From an uncultured Spirochaetia bacterium (GTDB taxonomy: Bacteria > Oederibacteriota > PGYV01), in the NCBI GenBank assembly GCA_964417645.1, contig CAYQIS010000001.1:104418-168417 (forward strand): DNA of 64,000 nt, written 5' to 3'. The notes under the pieces are model-generated. The model ran no database searches. It was not told where the DNA came from and saw only the letters and a program-made list of their open reading frames with translations. A program made the position numbers and the translations under genes. Of the stretch, positions 36,030 to 44,418 are shown one piece after another (the stretch's first letter is position 1; each line of letters starts with the position of its first letter).

Positions 36030-37474
36030 TTCCTAATCTTCATAAAATCAAGAATATGCCCCGTAACCGCTTTACCCGCCTTAAACAAGAAACTTAAATC
36101 TTCAAAAGACCTTATTGAAAAAAGCTGGCGCAGCATAAAACGCGGCGTCATGAAAGCTCTGTATATACTGTTACACATGGCTACAACTTCTTCATCTGTC
36201 ATGTCCGGTGTTTTAAATACGGGTTCTGTCATATCAAATTTTTCCCATTCACCCGGTTTTATCTTCAGCCAGCCATTTTGAACCGCCTGATCGTAAAGCG
36301 GTGTTCCCGGATATGCCGTAACAACAGTTGCCTGAAGCATATCGGCAAGCCCTTTATCAAGAAGCTTTCTGGCAAGATCAAGGGTCCGCTGAGCGTCTGC
36401 CTTTGTTTCCCAAGGATATCCCACCATTACGGTTAAATGCACTCCAAGTCCGGCGTCTTTTGCCGTTCTGCAACCCTTCTCTATATCTTCGACCTTTGTC
36501 CCCTTGCACAGCCTGTCCAACGTTTCCTGATTTGCAGACTCAAGACCGAATTTCATAAGTCTAAAACCCGCTTTTTTCATAAGAGGCGCTATTGAAGGAT
36601 TTATATAATCAAACCTGAAATTACACATCAAAGAAATCTTATAGTCTCTTTGTATCATTCCTTCACAAAATTTTTTAAGCCATTCTCCCCTGGGAAATGT
36701 TCCTGTGTCATCAAATATTTCCCTTATTCCGTATCTCCTTACAAGCATATCTATCTCGGAAAGCAGACTTTCCGGGCTTCTTGTGCGAAACTTTGGAAAC
36801 AAACCTGTCCATGCACAAAAAGTACATTTGCCCCAAGGGCAGTCGCGTCCTACCATTGTATATGTATAAGGCGCATATTTAAAAAATTTTTCCCCGTATA
36901 ATTTCCACTTTGTGAGATCGCGGTCTATAAACGGAAGCGAATTTAAATCATATTTAAGCTCAAATCTGCCGGTATCCTTTATGGTTCCATTATCCCTGTA
37001 CCACGTACCCGGTTCAAGAGCCGCTTTACCGTTTAAGTTTTCCGCCACGCCAAGAAGCATAAAATCAAAATCTCCGCCTGTTATAACATAATCAAATGTT
37101 GAGTTCTGCATTGTTTCCAAAGGAAAAGCCGTTACATGATCTCCCATAATAACTGTTTTTACATTTGGCAGTATTTCCTTTATTTTGGCTTCTATCCGCC
37201 ATATCTGCCTTACAACAGGAGTCTTTGTTTCAATGGCTATAAGATCCGGCTTTTCCTCAATCAAAAGCTTCTCATAACTTTCCCAATTCATGAACTCCGC
37301 AATGGAGTCATTATAAATTACATCATAACCTTTGTTTTTAAGCAAAGTGGCGGCAGAAGCCGGCACCATCGGATAAATAAAAGAAGGATTATGAAACCAC
37401 TGAAACTGCCTGTTCTGCCCAAGAGTCGGAGTTCCTTTGCCTTTAAGCGGCGGGTATGATATCATTACCTTCAT
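36026..37474 (-). CDS. B12-binding-domain radical SAM protein
   Basis: N-terminal Rossmann-like cobalamin-binding region (…KPDLIAIETKTPVV…VIMGDHVTA…), then a radical-SAM core with a cysteine triad reading GRDCPWGKCTFCAW (C-x4-C-x2-C spacing as translated). 482 aa. 4-nt overlaps with both neighbouring genes. Confidence 0.7.
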   Translation of the reverse strand: MKVMISYPPLKGKGTPTLGQNRQFQWFHNPSFIYPMVPASAATLLKNKGYDVIYNDSIAEFMNWESYEKLLIEEKPDLIAIETKTPVVRQIWRIEAKIKEILPNVKTVIMGDHVTAFPLETMQNSTFDYVITGGDFDFMLLGVAENLNGKAALEPGTWYRDNGTIKDTGRFELKYDLNSLPFIDRDLTKWKLYGEKFFKYAPYTYTMVGRDCPWGKCTFCAWTGLFPKFRTRSPESLLSEIDMLVRRYGIREIFDDTGTFPRGEWLKKFCEGMIQRDYKISLMCNFRFDYINPSIAPLMKKAGFRLMKFGLESANQETLDRLCKGTKVEDIEKGCRTAKDAGLGVHLTVMVGYPWETKADAQRTLDLARKLLDKGLADMLQATVVTAYPGTPLYDQAVQNGWLKIKPGEWEKFDMTEPVFKTPDMTDEEVVAMCNSIYRAFMTPRFMLRQLFSIRSFEDLSFLFKAGKAVTGHILDFMKIRK

Positions 37475-38454
37475 CTTTTTTCCTCTTCTTTTAGCCTGCC
37501 TTTTAAAAGCCCGGCAATGAAATATGTCCCATAAACAATATGATTTATAAATATTCCAGGAATCAAAAGCATTGCCCTTACAAAAGATCTCAGTTTTATG
37601 GCGTCAATCAAAATAAGTATAGCATACAAAAGCAAAGGCAAAGACCACCAAAGAATATATTGTTTTAACCATATAAAAACAGGTATAAAACTCAAAAGAT
37701 AAAGCAAAAACATTGTTGGAATAAAATACGCAGGTCTAAGAGATGTTTCCGGAAACTTTTTTACAAAGTATCCCCTGTGAAGCGCGTAACTTTTTACCTG
37801 TTTTATATGGCCAAAAGGAAAATCCCGCCTGTGATGGTATACAAATACATCAGGGTCATAAGCAATCTTCATTTTGTGGTCCCTTGTTATTTTAAGACAA
37901 ATCACCGTGTCCTCACCCGGCCAGAATTCCGTGTTAAAACCTCCTATTTTATCCAATACATCTCGCCTTATAAGAAGGTTGCAGGAAGGATAATCGTCCA
38001 CAAAACGCGCGTGTTCCGGAATATAACGGTAGCGGTAGCTTCCTCCGCCCATAAAAGAGGCGTAAATATCTCCGCTAACCTTTTTTAACAGAGAATCATT
38101 TTTCGGAGTAACTGCCGGGCCGCCAACAGCCGCTATATCTTCCGAACTTTCAAATATTTCAACAGCCTTTTTAAGCCATTGGGATTCAGGAAAAACATCA
38201 TCGTCTATGAATGCCACTATCTCGCCTTTACTCAGATTTATGCCCCTGTCGCGCTTTTCCCCCGGATATATGTGAGTGGTCGGGACAATTTTAAGGTCAA
38301 AACTGAATTTTTCTTCAATTTTCTCGTCATTATCAGGCAGCACTATTACCTCAATTTTGGACTTATCGTAATCCAATGCATCTATATAAGGAAGCGACTC
38401 CCTTATGTAATCATTTATCTCTTTAACAGGTATTATAATGCTTACTGTTTTCAT
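37471..38454 (-). CDS. family-2 glycosyltransferase with C-terminal TM helices
   Basis: …VSIIIPVKEINDYIRESLPYIDALDY… and …VAFIDDDVFP… (DxD). C-terminal roughly 90 aa has 2-3 TM helices. 327 aa. Confidence 0.7.
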   Translation of the reverse strand: MKTVSIIIPVKEINDYIRESLPYIDALDYDKSKIEVIVLPDNDEKIEEKFSFDLKIVPTTHIYPGEKRDRGINLSKGEIVAFIDDDVFPESQWLKKAVEIFESSEDIAAVGGPAVTPKNDSLLKKVSGDIYASFMGGGSYRYRYIPEHARFVDDYPSCNLLIRRDVLDKIGGFNTEFWPGEDTVICLKITRDHKMKIAYDPDVFVYHHRRDFPFGHIKQVKSYALHRGYFVKKFPETSLRPAYFIPTMFLLYLLSFIPVFIWLKQYILWWSLPLLLYAILILIDAIKLRSFVRAMLLIPGIFINHIVYGTYFIAGLLKGRLKEEEKR

Positions 38455-39185
38455 CAGACCTTCTTATCGTAATACTTAAGTATATGCAGCCGGTAAAAAA
38501 CTGCCAGCGTGTCCCACAGCATCCTGAAAATGGTCTTAAACTTTATATGACCGTATTTCCCCTTAAAATCCACGACAACAGGGGCTTCGGATATTTTATA
38601 TCCGTAATGATGGGCAAGAATAAGAAGTTCCAGGTCAAAAGCATAACGTTTAATAAGCACCTTATGGAAAATGTTTTTTAAAACCTCTGCCTTAAAAAGC
38701 TTTATTCCAGTCTGGGTGTCTTTAAGCGGAAGACCAAATAAAATCTTTACAAGAAAAAAATAAACAGCGGACATTATTCGCCTGCTCCTTGGATAGTGAA
38801 GTACCGACCTTTTATGACGTTTGCTGCCAATTACAACATCAGCGTTTTCGTTTTTTAAAACCTCAAACAGCACCTCGAACTGCCTTGGGTGTATATCAAG
38901 GTCGCCGTCAAGGAACATTATCAAGTCTCCTTCGCAGTGCTTGAACCCTTCCTTTAATGCCTGTCCTTTGCCTTCGTTTTTTAAAAGCTTTATAACCTTA
39001 ACCCTTGGATTGTTAAGTTCCTTTATTATTTCCGAAGTTTTGTCGGACGAACCGTCATCAGCAACAACTATCTCATAATCTATTCCAAGTTTTTTAAAAA
39101 AATCATCGGTTTCAAGAATACTTGCAGCCGCTCTTAATTCTTCATTATACATTGGCATTAAAACAGACAATTTTAAAAATTTCAT
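38454..39185 (-). CDS. GT2 polyprenyl-phosphate sugar synthase-like glycosyltransferase (DPM1/ArnC/GtrB-like)
   Basis: …LSVLMPMYNEE…IVVADDGSSDKT…LIMFLDGDLDIHP… (DxD), with C-terminal amphipathic/TM helices. 243 aa, matching the size and architecture of Und-P/Dol-P-sugar synthases. Confidence 0.6.
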   Translation of the reverse strand: MKFLKLSVLMPMYNEELRAAASILETDDFFKKLGIDYEIVVADDGSSDKTSEIIKELNNPRVKVIKLLKNEGKGQALKEGFKHCEGDLIMFLDGDLDIHPRQFEVLFEVLKNENADVVIGSKRHKRSVLHYPRSRRIMSAVYFFLVKILFGLPLKDTQTGIKLFKAEVLKNIFHKVLIKRYAFDLELLILAHHYGYKISEAPVVVDFKGKYGHIKFKTIFRMLWDTLAVFYRLHILKYYDKKV

Positions 39186-40429
39186 GTTTTTTTCCTTAAC
39201 GGCACATACACAAGCGCCGTGCTTCCCGCGAATATAAAAAATGTCACAATAAACATTATTGTAATTACAGTTTTGAAATCATTATGAAAATTCCACAACA
39301 AAGCGGCATATAATATAGTACCCAAAATCATAACATAAATAAAACCGTATTTTTTTATGGCAAGGCCGTAATTTATAACCACATTAAGAAGCACCAAAGG
39401 AAGTATTGCAGCTCCAAATATCCTTACTATATCCGTAATTGCGTAATATTTTTCACCGCCTGTTAGCGCCCAAAGCACAAATTTCGGAAAAACAGCGCAA
39501 AAAACAATTCCCAGCAGCGATATTCCGGCTGTAAGAAATATGCTCTTCATCAGCAGTTTTTTAGTGTCTTCATTTAATTCATGCATGGAAGCGGCTTTCG
39601 GAAACAGGCTCATAACAACAGCGCTCGGAAAAAAAAGAAAAGCTTTCCCTATTATTGAAGTTACCGCGTAAAATCCGGCTTCCTCCGCATTAAAAAAATG
39701 TTTTACCATAAGCAAATCCATATAACTTAAAACGGAAAAAAATACCATTGCAAAAAACACAGGCAAAGCATATTTAACCAATTCCCTTTTGCTTATATCG
39801 CCTCTTTTATCCTCCTTATAACCGAATATCCATTTAAATCCCATAATACCTGCCGCAAAAGCGCACAACGCAGCAAAAAATGATGAAGCCAATGCTCCTC
39901 TTACCCCAAAACCCATATTTACAAAAATAACCAAAAACATAAATCTGAGACCGGTATCAAGAACATTATTCATTCCCAATGCAAGAAACTTCTGCATACC
40001 TTGAAGTATTCCTCTTACAAGAGGCATCATTATTGACATCATTGCAATTGCACCCAAAATAAAAACAAGCATTTTATCCTTTATATTAAAAAAAGACGAT
40101 ATCAATTCCGCAGATAAAGCAAAAAAAAGAAAATATCCAAAACCAAGCACAAGGAAACCCAAAAAAGTGTGTTTAAAAAGAGCTTCAACGCCTCCGGGAT
40201 TATTATGCGCAATGCATACGCTTGTTTTTCTTACTATCGACATCTGCAGAGCGTTTGCAGGCATACCGGCTATTATCAGCATTGCCAGCATGGTGGCAAG
40301 TATACCGTACCCTTCAGGCCCAATTGTACGGGTTGCATACATATGAAAAATAAAATTCACGGCATTCGCCACGCTGGTTGTTGCGAACAAGATTGCGGAA
40401 TCTCTTACCAGCCCGTCTTTATGGGACAT
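39182..40429 (-). CDS. Wzx-like (MOP-superfamily) oligosaccharide/polysaccharide flippase
   Basis: 415 aa with about 12-14 TM helices and a typical N-terminal …ILFATTSVANAVNFIFHMYATRTIGPEGYGILATMLAMLII… segment. 4-nt overlaps with neighbours. Confidence 0.6.
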   Translation of the reverse strand: MSHKDGLVRDSAILFATTSVANAVNFIFHMYATRTIGPEGYGILATMLAMLIIAGMPANALQMSIVRKTSVCIAHNNPGGVEALFKHTFLGFLVLGFGYFLFFALSAELISSFFNIKDKMLVFILGAIAMMSIMMPLVRGILQGMQKFLALGMNNVLDTGLRFMFLVIFVNMGFGVRGALASSFFAALCAFAAGIMGFKWIFGYKEDKRGDISKRELVKYALPVFFAMVFFSVLSYMDLLMVKHFFNAEEAGFYAVTSIIGKAFLFFPSAVVMSLFPKAASMHELNEDTKKLLMKSIFLTAGISLLGIVFCAVFPKFVLWALTGGEKYYAITDIVRIFGAAILPLVLLNVVINYGLAIKKYGFIYVMILGTILYAALLWNFHNDFKTVITIMFIVTFFIFAGSTALVYVPLRKKT

Positions 40430-40431
40430 TA

Positions 40432-41463
40432 TTATTTTTGGGCCTCATATAAAGGTTTAATCTTTACTATTGTACCTTTGTTAACCTCTGATATATATAT
40501 ATTGTCTTCCTTATCTATGGCTATACCCAAAGGATCGGCAAACAGAGGTCTGTTATCCCTGCCTGTTTTAATTGTTCCTATGTATTTAAATTTAGGATGT
40601 TTTGTGTTATAAACCCAAATCTCTTTTGTCCCGGACGATACAGCATATAATCTGTCCTGAGAGTCCACCGCAACATGCGGCCACATCGGCGCAGCTTCCT
40701 GCCATGCCTTAACCTCTATTTGGCCTATGGGATTAAGGTCAGATGATAATATATCAATTCTTCTGTTCCCGGGATCACCAACATACACACGATTTTGGGA
40801 ATCAAATGCGATTCCAAAGACTTCCTGAAAATTTCCAAGCGATTTACCGCGCGCTCCGAAAGGTTTCCCTATCCTGTTTCCGTCAACATCAAAACGATGT
40901 ATTCTGCTTGTGCCCGTATCCGCAACAAACATTACGCCGTATTGATTTATGGCAACATTTCTGGGACTGTAAAATCCGGCTTTTTCACCGCCCACCTCAA
41001 GAAGAAACTTGCCGTCTTTGTCAAATTTTTGTATCCTTCCGTTCCACGCGTCAGCAACATAAAAATTTCCGTCTCTGTCAACAGACACACCGGAAGGCTC
41101 CTTAAACTGGCCTTTCTTATCCCCTTTTTCCCCGTAGCTTGCAACATATTCTCCGTTAAGTTTAAACCGGTCTATCCTGTTATTATTCAAACTGGCAACA
41201 AGCAATGTGTTATCCGGGGCCACTGCAATTCCTCTCGGCGAATTTAAACTGCCCTTTTTTTCTCCGTGTCCTCCAAATTCCGCCAATTTGTCAGCTTTAA
41301 TATATTTAACCGGCTCTCCTCTTTTAAAAAACCCTATCATAATAACGGCGGCAACAACCGCAACCGCTATCAGCAGTCCCTTAAATCCGCCTTTTTTCTT
41401 TTTTCCTTTTTTTGCTTTTTTACCTTTTTTCTTTGTTTTTTTAACAACTTTTTTCTTGGCCAT
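40432..41463 (-). CDS. membrane-anchored NHL-repeat beta-propeller protein
   Basis: Lys-rich N-terminus plus a TM helix (LLIAVAVVAAVIMIGFF). Six NHL-like units (…SPRGIAVAPDNTLLVASLNNNRIDRF…, …PSGVSVDRDGNFYVADAWNGRIQKF…, …GIAFDSQNRVYVGDPGNRRIDI…). Confidence 0.7.
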   Translation of the reverse strand: MAKKKVVKKTKKKGKKAKKGKKKKGGFKGLLIAVAVVAAVIMIGFFKRGEPVKYIKADKLAEFGGHGEKKGSLNSPRGIAVAPDNTLLVASLNNNRIDRFKLNGEYVASYGEKGDKKGQFKEPSGVSVDRDGNFYVADAWNGRIQKFDKDGKFLLEVGGEKAGFYSPRNVAINQYGVMFVADTGTSRIHRFDVDGNRIGKPFGARGKSLGNFQEVFGIAFDSQNRVYVGDPGNRRIDILSSDLNPIGQIEVKAWQEAAPMWPHVAVDSQDRLYAVSSGTKEIWVYNTKHPKFKYIGTIKTGRDNRPLFADPLGIAIDKEDNIYISEVNKGTIVKIKPLYEAQK

Positions 41464-41475
41464 TTTTTCCTCCGC

Positions 41476-42444
41476 TTAATCCGCATCCGTATATGCGATT
41501 AACTTCCCTGTTGCCGAATCAGTTGCCATAATCCTTCCTCCGCCAAGCGAAACAACAGAAACAGGGCAGTTAATAAGCTTATTGCCGTTTGCATCTGTTT
41601 CAATAACTTTTGACAGTTTGCCTTGTATTGTATATCTTAATATCCTGTGTTTGGGAGAGTCTGTTATATATATATATCCCCTCTGGGCATCAATTGTAAA
41701 ATACGGTTCCATAAGGCATCCCTCAACAATCTGAGGCTCAGCCCAGCCGTCAACTTTAAAAGTCCTCACAAAAACTCCGTCCGGATTCATGACCACAATT
41801 CTGAAATTCTTTCTGTCGGCAATATAAATATTTCCGTCAGGTCCTTCCTGCATCCCAAAAGGTTCCTGAAATTCCATATTACCGCTGCCGCGTTTTCCAA
41901 ATGTGGCAATATGTCTGCCGTCTTTGTCAAATTTCTCTATTTTACAATTGCCTGTATCCGCAACATATACGTTTAAATTTTTGTCAACACATAAATCCCT
42001 CGGGCCCCACATTCCGCGTTCTTTTCCAAAAGCTTTTAAAAACTTGCCGTTCTTATCAAAAACCTGCACCCTTCCGTTCCATGTGTCTGCCACATAAATA
42101 TTCCCGTCTTTGCCGATATCAATGCCGCACGGTTCCTTCAAAGCGCCGTTGGTTTCGCCGCCTTTTCCGAACATCATTTTTGCATTTCCGTTGCCGTCAA
42201 ACTTTTGTATTCTGTTATTTTTAGAATCAACAACATATATATAGCCGTCCCCGGATACCGCAAGGTCACGAGGGGTATTAAGCTGGCCTTTTCTGGCAAG
42301 CGAAGAAGTGCTTTTGGGCATTTTTTCTTTTTTGCCAAACTTATCCGGCGTTGTCATCAGAAATACGGCAACTATCAGAAGAATTACTCCTCCTATCACC
42401 AGTATCACTATTTCCTGCCTTGAGAGTTTCGAAAAGTTAAACAT
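41476..42444 (-). CDS. membrane-anchored NHL-repeat beta-propeller protein (paralog)
   Basis: TM helix (IVILVIGGVILLIVAVFLM), then six NHL units (…TPRDLAVSGDGYIYVVDSKNNRIQKF…, …PCGIDIGKDGNIYVADTWNGRVQVF…, …IYIADRKNFRIVVM…). Confidence 0.7.
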   Translation of the reverse strand: MFNFSKLSRQEIVILVIGGVILLIVAVFLMTTPDKFGKKEKMPKSTSSLARKGQLNTPRDLAVSGDGYIYVVDSKNNRIQKFDGNGNAKMMFGKGGETNGALKEPCGIDIGKDGNIYVADTWNGRVQVFDKNGKFLKAFGKERGMWGPRDLCVDKNLNVYVADTGNCKIEKFDKDGRHIATFGKRGSGNMEFQEPFGMQEGPDGNIYIADRKNFRIVVMNPDGVFVRTFKVDGWAEPQIVEGCLMEPYFTIDAQRGYIYITDSPKHRILRYTIQGKLSKVIETDANGNKLINCPVSVVSLGGGRIMATDSATGKLIAYTDAD

Positions 42445-42468
42445 TTTCTCCTCCTTAATAATTATTCA

Positions 42469-44397
42469 TTACTGTTCCCAATATTTTTCAAGGTCTTTTC
42501 TTACATATACAACAAAATCATACGAACCCAATTCATTCCACACATCCCTGTACATAAACCTTTTCCACAGCATATCAATCTGAGTGGCTCTGTCTGCGTC
42601 CCACCACTTGCCTTCATCAGGCGCCCACCACTCCCTAAGCTTATATCTGTAATAAACATAGTCCTTTTCCAATTTTTTTCTGACACGCTCATCATGCCCC
42701 ACATTGGCCTCTTCAATACCGGAAAAAATGAGAGGCTTTCCTATATCAGAATCAGGAATATCCCTTGGAGGATATCCTATTTTTTTGAATTCCCTGAAAT
42801 ACCACGCAAAAGGCCACGAACAATAATCTTCAATGGTCATCTCCATATCATACATATCGTAGCTTCTGAAAGCCGCGCTGTCCCATTTAAGAGTTTTTAA
42901 TCTAAATGCCAATTTTTCCGTGCTTCTTACAACTTTGGTTGCATCTGTTGATGTCTGAACATAAATAAGCGATTCTTTCGGCGAAGCGCCTTCGCCGTAA
43001 AAACAAACATTAACCGCTCCGTGAATCATACCAAGAGAAAGCACAATAAAAATTGCCATGCTTATGTCCTTCACTATTCCCTTAATGCCTTCACCGGTTG
43101 AGACAAATATATCGGAAAGAAATTTTGCCGAAAGCATAAGCAAAGGAAGCAGCGGATGAAGAACAAGCCATGGCATCTTTTCTCCGGCCCACGAATAAAT
43201 AATTGTAGCCATAATCCACCAGTATATAAGGAAAAGATTATAATGGGTTCTTTTCCCGGGCATCAGCAGATAATAAAAAGTTGCCAGCAAACCAAAGAAA
43301 ACAGGCACAAGTTCATAGAAAGGCATCAGAAGTATGTAAAAGTACCATGGCTGACTTCCGCGTTCCACCCCGTGCTGTCCAAGCCAGTATACTATGGCTT
43401 CAATGTATCCGTCTTTTACATATTTAAGATTCTGCCAAAATGTATTTCCCGGTTCCTTTCCAAAATAAAGATACCCGTGTATCAGAACAAATACAAGTAA
43501 AGCATAAACAAAGTGTTTCCATCCTTCCCCAAACCAAAACTTAAGCGTGCGGTGAACATCTCCTTCTCTTTCAAATTTTTCAGGTTCGGATTTTTCTATA
43601 ACCCATTCCCAGAGCCACCTTAAAGAAAAGAAAGTAAAGAAGATAAAAACTGTAATATATGTCACTTCTTTGGTCGCCCAAGAAAGCGCAAGCCCGACAG
43701 ACGCCAGAATAAGCCAGCTCAATTTTTTATTTTCAAAATATTTAAACAGCCCAAGTACAACAAAAAGGGTGTCAAGCGCAATGTATATATCGTTTCTTAT
43801 AAATCTTGACTGATACATAAAAGAAGGCGAAATAGCAAGAAGGAACGCGGCAATCAATGCTCCCCAGCGCCCCATATAAGGCCTGAAATACCACATAATC
43901 CATACGCATGCCGTTCCATAAATTGCAGGCAATACCCTTGCCGTATAATCAGTGGTTCCAAAAAGGAAATAAATTAACGCATTGGAATGGAACAGAAATG
44001 GACCGTGAAGCATAGGATTATAAAGATATCCCTGGCCTTTAAACAATTTCCAGGCATAAAAGGCATGCATTGATTCATCATGATGCAGGGGCTTTGTACC
44101 GAGATCCGCAAACCTGCTTATTATGGTCAATATCATTATCGTAATCCATGCCATCATTTCCCAATCAATTACAATGCCCTGCCCCGGCTGATAATTTACC
44201 GGACCTTGTATTTGTTCAGTTATCTTCTCTTCTTTAATTTTTGGCTGTTTTTCCTGCTTTACAGTCTCTTTTTTTACAACAGGCGCAGACTGCTGAGCAG
44301 AAGGTGCCGCCGCCAATTTTGCCCCGCAGCTGTCGCAGAACTTATTGGATTTCGGATTATCCGAACCGCACTTTGCGCACTTGATATTATCTGCCAT
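42469..44397 (-). CDS. N-terminal zinc-ribbon fused to a large GT-C-like polytopic membrane protein (PMT_2/ArnT-like; TIGR03663-like)
   Basis: Opens with CAKCGSDNPKSNKFCDSCGAKL (Cys4 ribbon), a Gln/Lys-rich linker, then about 12 TM helices. The first periplasmic loop reads …TKPLHHDESMHAFYAW…, a DE-type motif as in GT-C glycosyltransferases. 642 aa. Confidence 0.5.
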   Translation of the reverse strand: MADNIKCAKCGSDNPKSNKFCDSCGAKLAAAPSAQQSAPVVKKETVKQEKQPKIKEEKITEQIQGPVNYQPGQGIVIDWEMMAWITIMILTIISRFADLGTKPLHHDESMHAFYAWKLFKGQGYLYNPMLHGPFLFHSNALIYFLFGTTDYTARVLPAIYGTACVWIMWYFRPYMGRWGALIAAFLLAISPSFMYQSRFIRNDIYIALDTLFVVLGLFKYFENKKLSWLILASVGLALSWATKEVTYITVFIFFTFFSLRWLWEWVIEKSEPEKFEREGDVHRTLKFWFGEGWKHFVYALLVFVLIHGYLYFGKEPGNTFWQNLKYVKDGYIEAIVYWLGQHGVERGSQPWYFYILLMPFYELVPVFFGLLATFYYLLMPGKRTHYNLFLIYWWIMATIIYSWAGEKMPWLVLHPLLPLLMLSAKFLSDIFVSTGEGIKGIVKDISMAIFIVLSLGMIHGAVNVCFYGEGASPKESLIYVQTSTDATKVVRSTEKLAFRLKTLKWDSAAFRSYDMYDMEMTIEDYCSWPFAWYFREFKKIGYPPRDIPDSDIGKPLIFSGIEEANVGHDERVRKKLEKDYVYYRYKLREWWAPDEGKWWDADRATQIDMLWKRFMYRDVWNELGSYDFVVYVRKDLEKYWEQ

Positions 44398-44418
44398 TAT
44401 ATCCTCCTTAAAAAGGTT

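Noticed and set aside
40432-42444. Considered whether the two NHL-repeat proteins are Rhs/YD-repeat toxins or a polymorphic toxin pair
   Set aside because: Lengths are 343 and 322 aa with a single TM anchor and a six-blade NHL pattern only. There are no YD repeats, no C-terminal toxin domain and no immunity-like small ORF downstream.
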